Shown here: piece after piece, positions 9,478-20,900 of the stretch | Position numbering within the stretch: position 1 is the first letter of the stretch | Layout of the letters: each line of letters starts with the position of its first letter | Source: a virus | Lineage: Duplodnaviria > Caudoviricetes | Virus record (IMG/VR): IMGVR_UViG_3300042154_001807 | Coordinates: 1-56,548 of that record | DNA length: 56,548 bases | Reading direction: 5' to 3' (one strand) | Made by a program: the position numbers and the translations under genes | The notes under the pieces: generated by a model | What the model was told of the DNA's origin: nothing | Databases searched by the model: none | What the model saw: only the letters and a program-made list of their open reading frames with translations

Positions 9478-9734
9478 ACAAAGCTCTCGATGTTTTTCTG
9501 GTGAGATAACTTTTCATGCTCTGGCATAGCAAGAACCTCTAACCATATCCCTCTGGTCATCTTTAACTTTGCAGTGATGTCTGGAGGAGTGCCCTCGTCG
9601 AGAATCTCTTCTTCGATCTTAGACAAACGCTCACGAAGCATTGGGAAAAACCATTCAATGACACCAGCGCATTTGCTGAACTCATTGATCAGCGAGATGA
9701 TTGCGTTAGATTCTTTCGGATTAAAGTTAGACAT
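9441..9734 (-). CDS. Small protein following the portal
   Basis: Probable start MSNFNP overlaps the portal stop. Confidence 0.55.
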   Translation of the reverse strand: MSNFNPKESNAIISLINEFSKCAGVIEWFFPMLRERLSKIEEEILDEGTPPDITAKLKMTRGIWLEVLAMPEHEKLSHQKNIESFVQSAKPQSTERW

Positions 9735-11922
9735 TTGGTTGAACTTGTTTTGGTTTCGAAGCGCCAGTCGAAGGATTGATGTTAGGACCTTGAGCTGAAG
9801 GAACAGACACAGTAGTAGGAACGATTCTACGGTCGTAGTCAATCACCTTCAGCGCCTTCAGGATCTCTTGGAACGCAGGTGCCGTGATCGCTTGGATCTC
9901 TGGTGCCTGAGCATAGAACGCATTGATAGTCTCGATGACAGCGTTGCTGTTAGCGATGACCTGCTCGCCTTTGTAGCGAGATAGCAAAATCGTTACGTCG
10001 AGATCCATGTCTCCAATTTCGTTAGGGTCAATCTCGATAAGGGTTCCAGCACCCTCTCCTCCAGCCTCGTTCTGTTCGAAGTATCTGTAGATCTCAAGCT
10101 CATCTAGGTGAGCAAACAAGGTAGAAATTTCTTTTCGAGCGAGACCCTGAATACCAATCTCTAACTGATGGATGTAGCTGCCGAAAACCTCCTGTCCACT
10201 AGCCTCGATATTTCGAATGCCAGTAGCCAGCTTGGTTGAGTCAAGCCCAGCTATGTTGCTGTCGTTTGTGTTAGACACGCCACTCTCCTGCATAGCCATC
10301 TGCACTTGCAAATTCAGAAGCTCTCTCAGACCGTCCATTTTATTGTCTTTGAGATAGATAGATTGCAAGCAGTCCTCTGCAGTCTTTCCGTTCTTGAGGG
10401 TGTATGTGCCGCCCCAGTTCAGCTTCAGGTTAGTGTCTGCCGCACCTTCGATAGTATTGAACGGTTGCCAGAAATCGACACGACCCTCTTTACTTGCTGC
10501 ATGGTTCATGCGGTTCATTGTTAGGTCGCAATACTCCTGAGCTTTGTCGAAGATTTCGAACGTGCCGATTCCATACCAGCGGTTCGGAACCTCGAGCGCA
10601 CGCACGACCGTGAACGGACGCTTGCCGTCAGCGGTGACGTTCTGGATGTAATCGTAGAAGATAGGAGTTCCAGTAGCCTTGTCCATCACAAGCATGATGT
10701 CTTCGAGGATGCCGTCACCGTTGGTATCGTATTGGAGATAGCACTCAGCGATTCTGACTGAGCTGATCATACTGGTGCGACTCGAGACCTGATCAATACT
10801 TGACAGGGTAGGGTCTACATTCTTCTGATAGTTCTCAGACGACCCAGTGTTCGATACTCCAGAGATAAGCTTGATCGCTTCCTTGGTCGCATTAATCTTT
10901 TCCTCGGTAGCAGACGCAGCCTCGTCAGCTTTACGCCATTGGTCCACGATCTCCATCATTGGCTTGTCGTATTGATGAGCGATGAAGTCTGCCTTCTCGA
11001 TACTCTGAGCCTCTAACGGGCAGATGAAGTCGAGGAAGTGAACCTGTGTGCTTTCAGGACCAACGTAGTATTTCTTTTTCCGCCATATCAGTTTTTCAGT
11101 CCAAACGATATTGATCGGTTTCATTACCGACGGATCTTTTTTCAAGACGTAGTTGCCAGTGTCGAACTCTTCTCCAGTCTCTTCGTTCTTACCGATCTGA
11201 GGCATCCAAATATCTGACTCAAGCACTACGTCACCGTTGCTTGTTAAAATGTCGTTGCCAACTTCGTCGGTAAGGACAGAAGCCCATGTCTGGTAAGGTC
11301 TCTCGTCTCGAGTATGGATAGTCTTTGTCACACACTCACCGATGGCAAACGCGCGATCGATGACACTGTGACCAACAGCAGCGAGACCGCTTCGGTCAAG
11401 CTTCCATTGCGCGTATCGGTTCACTCTATCAGCTTTTGCCCTGTCTAACAAACCGACTGGTTCAGCAGAGAAGAATGGCTGAGTCGAAAAGAAGTAGCTA
11501 TTCCCCCGAGCAGCCATCTGCCTCCAGACCCTGCGCGACAATGGCAGGACAAGGTTAGACTTCGAGAAAATCCCTTGCTCAAGAAACGCACGATACTCCA
11601 CCTCGTTACGAGACATAAGGTCGAACTTGATCCGCTTCCCTAGCCATGTTCTCTGAGACAGTCTGAGGTTCTCTGGGTTCGGTTGCTCAGCGAGTCCTCC
11701 CATCAATCCTCCCCAAGTATTGTCTGAGACATACTCTTTGCCCATCTCAGCCTCGATCGCTTTCATGCGACGAAGTGCATACTGGCACAGTTCATCCTCT
11801 TGCGCTCGGCTCAGGATATATGCCGTCGGGAATGGCATGATCGCTACCGAAGGGTCAATCGACGGTTGGGTTGCGGTTTCTTCTATCGCTTTATCTGTTA
11901 CACGTTTTTCTTGGTCTGACAT
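9727..11922 (-). CDS. Portal protein (podovirus/P22-like)
   Basis: 731 aa; 'PFTVVR...PNRWYGIG', 'KLATGI'; position between the giant protein and the scaffold/capsid genes. Confidence 0.75.
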   Translation of the reverse strand: MSDQEKRVTDKAIEETATQPSIDPSVAIMPFPTAYILSRAQEDELCQYALRRMKAIEAEMGKEYVSDNTWGGLMGGLAEQPNPENLRLSQRTWLGKRIKFDLMSRNEVEYRAFLEQGIFSKSNLVLPLSRRVWRQMAARGNSYFFSTQPFFSAEPVGLLDRAKADRVNRYAQWKLDRSGLAAVGHSVIDRAFAIGECVTKTIHTRDERPYQTWASVLTDEVGNDILTSNGDVVLESDIWMPQIGKNEETGEEFDTGNYVLKKDPSVMKPINIVWTEKLIWRKKKYYVGPESTQVHFLDFICPLEAQSIEKADFIAHQYDKPMMEIVDQWRKADEAASATEEKINATKEAIKLISGVSNTGSSENYQKNVDPTLSSIDQVSSRTSMISSVRIAECYLQYDTNGDGILEDIMLVMDKATGTPIFYDYIQNVTADGKRPFTVVRALEVPNRWYGIGTFEIFDKAQEYCDLTMNRMNHAASKEGRVDFWQPFNTIEGAADTNLKLNWGGTYTLKNGKTAEDCLQSIYLKDNKMDGLRELLNLQVQMAMQESGVSNTNDSNIAGLDSTKLATGIRNIEASGQEVFGSYIHQLEIGIQGLARKEISTLFAHLDELEIYRYFEQNEAGGEGAGTLIEIDPNEIGDMDLDVTILLSRYKGEQVIANSNAVIETINAFYAQAPEIQAITAPAFQEILKALKVIDYDRRIVPTTVSVPSAQGPNINPSTGASKPKQVQPNV

Positions 11923-11924
11923 AA

Positions 11925-14900
11925 TTATTTCCAGTTAGGATCTCTTTTCAGTGAGGTCAGAGCAGAAGCCCTAGACACCTCGATTATTTTTTGTAAGTTC
12001 TTAATATCTTCGTCTGTTGGGTCAGCGTAATTAAACGAGCGACCACGGACGATGTTTGTGAAGTTTGTTCCTGCACGCTCTCGGTAAATACGAGCCTGCG
12101 TGTCGGTCATTGCAACCTGCCCTTTACCTTTGACAGGGGTATAGCTTCCTCCAGCTTCTGATGGCAGGGTTTCTCCGTCAGGATTTTTCTGTTGATAGCG
12201 CCACAACATCTCATCAACCTTGTTCACCTCTACAGATCCAGAGTCAGTGAAGTCAAACAACCTTGTGATGGGAGTTCCTAGCTTCTCTGATTTTTCCCCA
12301 TAGATATCTACTTTAGCTTGTCTGATACCGTATGGGAAAACAGCTGCAAGAATTTCTTCATCGATAGTATCTGCTTTTGCTCGGTAGTAAGGATCAAGTT
12401 CACGAAGAGGTTGTTTTATCAGGTTCGGAACAAGCATCGCGATCTTGTCAGCGACAAATTTAGACATGCTTTGCTCTCCCATGATCGTCTTGTAGAAATT
12501 GCCAAGACCAGACAAGAAAGTTTTGTCAGACAGCTGATCAGCAAATGCTCGAGTAGATGCGCTCACGGCATCACCATAAGTTTGTCGACCCTTGCCTGCT
12601 TGCTTGAATTGTTTGAGCGTGTCAACGGTCGAAGAAATGATAGTTGCTACTGGTTCGTAGCGACCGTAATGGAACACTCCTCGTTTTCCGTTAGGAAGTT
12701 TCCATGAGATAGAGTAAGCGTCAAGCCCAAGTCTCTGAGCAGCTTCGCGGACACCCTTCTTTGTATTTGCGTAAGAACGGGAACCAGTGACAAGTATTGG
12801 CTTGTCGAGGTCGTCGTCGTCACCCTCTCCAATGCCTAACAAAAGAGAAGTGATGACTCCGCCGATCATGACTCGAGACATTCTCTCAATCACCTCCGCC
12901 TTTGCCTGCATCTTCTTCTCTGGAGTCTTGATGCCCATGCTCTGAACATACAGAGTGGCTACATCAATCAAGCTCAGAGGAGTGTATGTCAGTGCCAGTG
13001 CGGTGATGTTGTATGGGATCTTAACGAACGGGAAAAACATCATTCGGAAAAGCGTTTTGTTTAGCTTAACCAGCATGTTCTCATTGTTGCTGGGAGCTAT
13101 TGCGCTTTGAACTTTTGCCACGACCGAGCCGATTGCTTCCCCGCTAGTTCTGACTGGTCTTACCTCGCCAGTTGCTTGGTCTTTCTGACTCGGCATCGCT
13201 CCAGTGAAAGTCCGAGTATAAGCCTTCTGAGCAGCGAGCTGCCAAGCAAGCGACCCAGTGACGTTGACAAGCTCTTTCATTTTGTCGTCAAATGCTTTCG
13301 AGTCTGGCTTTAATCCACCAGCACGACAGATGCGATATGCCATCGCTCCGACCTCGGTCATAGCGTTGATCACTTTCACATACTCGTCGGTCGCTAGAAG
13401 CAGTCGTGTAGGAATCCGAAGGAACCTTCCCTTCTTGCCGCTGATTGCCGTGCGGTGATACATCCCGTGCCCCTCAAGGATACTTTCGAGGTCAGGAGGG
13501 ACTCCGAGTATGTCTTGCTCGAAGAACGCTGCCTCAGCGCCGTATGACGCGATGAAATTGGACTTCGCGCGAGAGAGCATAGGACCCATCGCCTTAAGCA
13601 TGTATTTGGTCTCTCCGAGAGTAGCGTTCATCGGGTTGTTGATAAATGCGTTGAGCATTATTTCGAACCCTCTTCCGATGGTGGCATCGAATGCCCCGTG
13701 AACAACACTGCTGGCGTTTACCATCATCGTTTGAAGTCCAGACAGTAGCGAGAAGTAACCATACTCCGTAGCCTTATCAATCCAGTCGGCATCAACAGAT
13801 CTGATTGCGTTAGAGATTAGGTGGACGTGCATGCGGTCGGTGATGTCGAATCGGTATGACTCAAGTGGCTTGCCAGAAGCTACCACGGTCGAAATATCGG
13901 TTCCATATTTCTTGAGGATTGCCTCGATACTCGCAAGCATCTTTTCAGCGTTTGCTCTTTTCACTGGATCCTCGATCGACTCGACTTTTGCCTTTGCTGC
14001 TGTAGCGTCGACAAGTGCCTGAACATTTTGCTTGATGTCTACAAGGTCTTTGGAATCGAACGTGTAGTTGAGTAGACCGCTGGTGAATTCTGGACGTGCC
14101 CAGTTCACTTTCTGCGGAGCAGTCGGAGCAGGTTTAACTTTGCGAGCGAGCGCCTTGGTCGAAGGACTGTGTGCCCGAGGAGAAATTCCAAGACCGACCT
14201 CAACCATTCTGCGAGCCTCTGCCTCGATCTCTGCCTCGGACATAACCGAAGCGGCACCAAGCCCAGAGTTTTCTAGCGTCGCTCCTCCGCGCACTTTTTC
14301 TTTCATGCGCTCGAGAGCTTCATTGTAGACTTTCTGAATTAGCTTCTCAACCTCAGACACTGTCATACGAGTAGCCTTAGCGATCTGTTCAGCACTGGAG
14401 TGCTGAGCATGCATTCGCATTGCCAAGGCTTCGTTTTTGCTAGAGTCCTTCATGATGTCTCTAACAATTCCGCTCTTGTCTAACGACATGTATACCTGTT
14501 TGCCGAGGACTTCGTTGATTGTGACCCCATACTCTTTCAGAGCTTTCTCGATTTCTGTTAGACGATCCTGAAGCTTCTTGCGGATCTCAGCCTTTGCCTG
14601 TGCTGGACTGAGGTATTTGCGATCGATCGAAGCAGCGACTTTCGCAGGAAGCGTTAGAATAGCGTTGGATAGGAACCTTCTGTTGCGCTCATCTGGTTTC
14701 ATCAATCGATCCCAGCCAGAGGCAAGAACCCGAGCGACATCGCTGCGCATCTTGCGATAGGACTGGATAACAACCCCAGCCTCTAACAGTTTATCGTAGT
14801 CGTTGCCTGCTTCCTGAACCATCTGCTCAATGACGATCTGAGTTCCGACAATGTCCTCTGGTCTCAGGGGCACGGCACCCACGGCACCAGTTGCGTTTGC

Positions 14901-17900
14901 GATAGCATTTTCAATAAGACCTTTGCGGTCGGAGTTGGCAAGCTTTTTGCCCCGCTTAACCCATTGCTCTCGGGTCTCTGTCTCGCGACGTTCTTCGTAT
15001 TCAATGTCGAATGCGTCTACTACTCTGCGAGTATTTTCATTGCCCATCGAAGCACGGTTTGGTGGCTTGACTGCGTTGCCGAACTCCGCTTGTTGATCTA
15101 ACAGATCTTTCGCGCGATCTTCGTCCATCAGGTTGGCAGCGAACAATGCCTGCCCTTTGCCTTTTACCGTTGCACGCATCTCGGGGGTGATGTCCACGCG
15201 CCAGATGGGGGTTGAGTTGGCATCCGATTCGCGTTTTGATGTCTCAGTAAGAACCTGACGTAGTTCGCTGTCATTCAGTTCGGAAGCTGGACGACCAAAC
15301 ATTTCTTGAGCAACCTGCTTGTATTGAACGGTAGCACGCTTGTCTGGATTCCGCAGACTCGCCTTCTCTACCTTCCCACCCCACTGCTTCACATACTTGC
15401 CAATATCTTTGACGAGCATGTTGTCGTAGAAGCCCTTCATGCCGCTGCCGCCGACTCGAAGATCATCGCCAGTGAAAACCTTTACGCCTTCTTCGAGCTT
15501 GCCTGTGCGCCGATTCAAATACCTGCTTTGGTAATCTTGCCCGTCACCACCTTCATCGTTGACGATCTTCTGGGCGAGTTCCTTGCCGACCATAGATTCC
15601 AGCGCATTGGCATCTTTGGCATACTCTTGGTCCATCACTGCGTCTCCGTTCAAGTCAAGAGCGCCGATTCCCCATCCATCGTCTTCTTTCCAATAAGCGA
15701 TTTCGCTAATGCTCTTGCTCAGGTCAAACCGATCATTCTGAGTCTCTCCAGTGGTCCAGCCGATCCAAGTCTTGCCACTTGCCACGGCATCACGCAGCGC
15801 ACGCTTGAATAAGGCAAGGTGCCAAGTGCTGCGGAAGGGAGCGTCGGCAACGCTCGCTGTTAGTCCAGATTTTCGCAACACTTCGATTTTGATAGCTCCT
15901 TCGGCAACGACAACCCCATCCGAGTCCCGCACCAACTGGTGAGTTACTGAGCTAGATTTAGGTTTGATTGTTTTCGCCCAAGAATACCCGTCAGGAGTGT
16001 AAGCCTCTACCTTGCCTCCGAACATGAGGAGCTCGCCTCTATACCCCTTCTTCCGTCCTTCTTGATGACGGTCCGACTGGATTTCCTCAATGAACAACCC
16101 GTTATCACGCTCATTCAAGCGCATGTGCGCGACGTAGTCTGGAATGTCTGGGAAGTGGCTAGACCGATAAGTTGAACCTCCTTTATCGGTAGTTTTCCCG
16201 TAATCATATCCGCTATCAAGTCTTGAAGCTTCAGCTTTTGCCTCTGCCTCTGTATCAAATGATGCGACGGCTACCCCATCTACTGGATTAAAAACCTCCC
16301 ACGGTTTTCCAATTGGCATCGCCAGCACGACCTCGCGGTAGTTCTTTCCGCCTTCGAGGACGTATTGAGAGTATCTCGGTGATGGTGGATCAAGCTTGTC
16401 AGACCGCCCAATAAGACGAGCCAGCTCTGTAAATCTTTTCAACTTTTCAGCCTCCTCTGGATACTTCTTGGAAAGGAGATTTAAGTAATCATCGACAACA
16501 CCTTCCCCTTCTTGCGCCTCAGCAGACAAGACATCAAGCTGTCTTTGACCGAGGCTTCTTGACCACAGATCTGTTCTCAAGTCGGCAATCTCAACCCGTG
16601 CCGATCGGGTGTCTTCTTTTCTTTTTTCCTCCGCTTGATCATAGCCACGATTCGACTCTTCAAACCTAACAACCCCCTCGTTGTTCAGGTATCTCAGCAC
16701 GGCTTCTTTCGTCACCTTACCCTTGTCATCCTGCATCGTCGTGAGTGCCTGCTGGAGACCGCTCCACTTCACTTCCTCAGCCTTTGCGTTTTGCATTGCA
16801 ATCTGCATGACCTGACCGATGTTTGACATGCTAGGCATCTTCTGGTCGATCACTTGAGACAGCTGCGAATAAAACGGAGCGACTTCAGTGTCGAGGCTTG
16901 CTGCGTTATTGATGTTGTCGGTTTTAGGATTGAATCGCTGCGAGAGCGGAATGACGTTGCCGTTGTCGTCATAAGTTACGGGGTCGGCGGATTTGATTTG
17001 GTTGGGGTTTATGACAATTATATCGTCTAAGTCGCCCCAATTACTCCCTACCGTAACTGCGTCGAGGTTGTTATCCTGTGCGAACTGCAAAACAGCCACT
17101 TTATCATCAGCCAAGTTACCTGAGATTTCTCCGACTCTCTCGGCGCGAATGAAAACACGCATGGAGTTCTCCTTGGGGTAGGTATCTTTGAGGCGTTGCA
17201 TTCCAGCTTCGTCGGTGAACTCGGACGGGGTTCTGAATTGAGTAAAAGTATATGGTGTGATGTGATACCGCTCAACGTCGTACCCAGCCTCCCGTGCTGC
17301 CTCATCCACCATCCGTTGCGCCGTCTCCATGTCTCCACCTGCGACTGCTGCTAAATAGTCGGTGTCTAGAGAAGCAGCAAAGTTAAAATTTCTCGCCTTG
17401 CCGTATTCGGGAACTCTAACGAAAACAGTGTTTCCTATCTGGAAAGCTTCCTCCCCTTTGATCACTGGTTTGTTAGTACCACGCTCGTAGTAGTAGCTGT
17501 GTCGGTCAGGATTGAATCCGACCTGAGTCCAGTTCTTGAGATCAGCAGGCATTGATTGGTCTGCCATCCACGCTCCTTTAATGACGATATGAGGACCCTT
17601 TTCACCTCCTAACGCAATCTTAAGTGTTGGCTTTTCGCGAACCTGAAAATCTGGGTTAAGAATTCGAACTGCGGGAAGGTAAAGGTTTCCATTTTTTGAT
17701 GTTGTGGTCACAACCCCTACTCCATTTTCAGTCATAGCAGGAACGTCTTGCCTAACAGTAACAATTTCACCAGCTGTCGGCATGCCAAGATCCACCGTCG
17801 CTTCGTGTGCTTTTCTTTTATCCTTGGTGACCGCAGCAAGAACCTTGTTTTGCGATGGCAAGTCTTTCATCGACTTTGGAACTGGAACCTTGTAGGACGG

Positions 17901-20900
17901 GAAGTGTTTATCGATAGCTCGAGCAATAACTTCTTTGGAGATATTTTCTCCGTCTTCACGACGTTGCAATAGGTCTCTAACGATCGGTGAGTAAACTCTT
18001 TTCTTTGGAGTGACAGTAGTGCTAGGGAACTTAGGGTTGCCCTCATACTTCGCCATCACTTCATCGTATTCGGAGTAGAGTGATGCTGCGGAGTTTTTGT
18101 TAGTCTTAGAAACTTTTGACGCAGCAAGCCTTTGAATATTGCCAGCATTCTCAGCATCTTTAGCCTTCTTCCCATCTTTACGAGAATACCATCCATTGTA
18201 GTTTGGATCGTAAACCATAAACACAACGTCAGGTCTTCCGTTATTGTAATCCTTAAAAACTTCGTAGTCCCAGTCCTCTGGCTTGAATTCTTCAGAGAAT
18301 GGAATCCTTGACGCTACAACGAAGCCATGATTGGCATTGAATTGCGGGAGGATTGTGTCAAAAGCGTCAAGCTTTCTTCCCCCAGCAGTTATGGCAAGTG
18401 CCAGCGCTGCGCTACCAGAAGTGGATCCTTTTCTCGAGAACAAAGAAACAATGTCCCCATCATTTTTGATTGCCATTCCAGCTGACCCGTCTTTCGACAG
18501 GAACAGTCTCATGCCAGCATACTCTTCAGCAGAATATGCATGGACTGCGGCACCGTATTTCGATTCTTTCTTGGCAATAGTGATCAGGTCTTTAAACTTC
18601 GTGGCATTAGTAGAGTCCCCAGCCTGAAGCTCAACGAACTGCGCTGGTGTCATCCCAGATGTTCGGTAAACATGGCTAAACTTTGCGCTAGGTTTCCATT
18701 CTGTTTCATAGCTAACCCCAAGGTTCTTCAGAACCCGAACTCGCTTGCCATCTGCTCCGCTGATTCCCGAGTAAGCTGGGGATTTTCCGCCATCGCGCGA
18801 GATATCGGATCGCGCTCTTCTAACCGCGAGAGATTGGATAAACCTCCGCTTTTCGATTGAAGTAAGCTCTCCAGTTTTTCTCTGCTCCCCTTGAAGTTCA
18901 GTTCCAACTTCTCCATCGCTTTGTTGTGCTGCTGTTGAGCGTCCATATTTTTTTAGTGTGTAATTAATTTTTCTTTGTGTGACACCCTTCTCAAGCACCA
19001 GTTTTACTGCTGCGTTTGCGTAGTCTGGCGCTTCGGTGTCATCATAGCCTCCAGCCTCTTTCACTTCAAGGTTTTTATCTTTGGCATTTTCATAAAGGCG
19101 CTTTTCAGCATACCATAGAACTGCCTGTAAATCCGCCATTTCAAGGTTTTCGAAACCTTCTATTTTACGCATTTCTGTTAGAATATTGCCAAAGATTTCG
19201 CGAATGTAATTTCGCTCATTAGGACCGCTCGGCGCTTCTTTCTGACCATCCAAATACTTCGTGTAATTGTTTGCTGTTTTGCGAAGTTTATTTCGAACTG
19301 GCGAAGACATCATCATCTTCCTCTTTTCTTTTTTGGTTGACAATTTAGTCAACTTAGCTGAAAGATCCTCAAGAGAAAGATTGGACAAGGTTGACTCGGT
19401 ATCCGCCGCAAGTGCATTGAGACCATCCTCTCCAATAGCGTCCAGAGCTTTCAAAAGATTCTGGCGCGAATCCTCGACCTTATCAGGGACATCGTCAATA
19501 AGTGTTCCAGTCCACCTTCCCCATGTGCGAACCAACCAACGATCCATTGTTAATGCGTCGAAGTATCCATACAGGTTAGAAAAGAAACCATTGCCTACTT
19601 TAGGACCAATAATAGCAGATCCTCTAACAATTGTCGCAGAATGTTCACCCGTTGGAGTTAGAGACTTCTGAATACCTCCGATCTCACCCACGGAGAATTT
19701 TGTCTGCATGAACGCTCTAAGGTTTGAAATGCCCCACTCTTTTTTTAGAGAGTTGAACAACTCAAGCGACTTATTAATTGAGTCCTGTGAATTACCAGCA
19801 AGCAGATTGCTCGGCATGAGACCAGTGCTTTTGTATTCAGAATACACTTTCTCTGCGAGTTCAAAATTCTTGTTAACTTTTTGACCATTAGACGTGCAGG
19901 CTAGTGCCCAGATAAACGCAAACTTAGAGTCTTCGTCAGTATTTAGCTCAGGGTGCAGTAGCCCCATTACTCCGATAGCTTGCTTCGTTTTTTCGTCATA
20001 CCATCCAACCGCATTAGGATTTTGCTTGATAGCAAAGAGAGCGTCATTGAGTCCCACTCTCGATAGATATTCTGTCAGCTGGGGAGAGACTAACGAAAGG
20101 TTTACTCCAGCAGCTTTGGCAGCATCAAGAACAGCTTTCTGCATGGATATTTTCATATCACGACCCCGTGCCCAAGCCTTGCTTCCAGCGAGAGCAATAT
20201 TCGATTGAATGCTTGAAGCTTCGTCCACTGACATTGGGATGTCTTTTTGAACCCCTGCCTTCAAATCCTCTCCATTGGTCTCAGCCTCTTCGTCGCTCTC
20301 AGAGTCTAGCGAAGCTGCATTATTCTTGGCTCCTTCAAGCTCAGCCTGAAGAGCAATCATCGGAGCATCAACATCAGGGTCGCCAGTCATAGCAAATTCG
20401 ATAGGCAGCAACGTCGCTTTCTGAACCGCAAAATCACGTTTTTTAGGACTTAGGTAACCTTCGTCACCAGCGACCTTCAGAGACCCGTCTGCGTTGCGCA
20501 TTTGAGGACCTTCGTTGACCCATGAGTTCTGACCACGGGTCTCAGTGGTAAGTGCCCACCGTGCCCAAGGATTATCGATCGTGCGAGAGTGAATAGCCCA
20601 AGCAGCTTCCTCTCCAATAGCTCCGAACTGGTCAGAAAACAAACCGTGCGCGAGAGTGTCATGCACTGCTCGGAACATGTCATTGTAGAGGATTGGCTGA
20701 GTCTTGCCGTCTGCGTCAACGTAGGTGAGACCAGTGTCCTGTAGCAATGGGTGCGAGCTAAAATCGGATCCTTCAGGACCGAACGCTGATGGATCAGTTT
20801 TAAGGACACGTAGTCGGTTGCCACGTATATCCGCAACCGCTTCTCTCGATGAACCGTAAAGATCTCCCATGATCTCTTCACCAGTCTGAGGATTTTTTCT

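Noticed and set aside
8040-9480. Invertible segment flipped by the serine recombinase
   Set aside because: I saw no flanking inverted repeats, and the 3' end overlaps the convergent gene 9441..9734.
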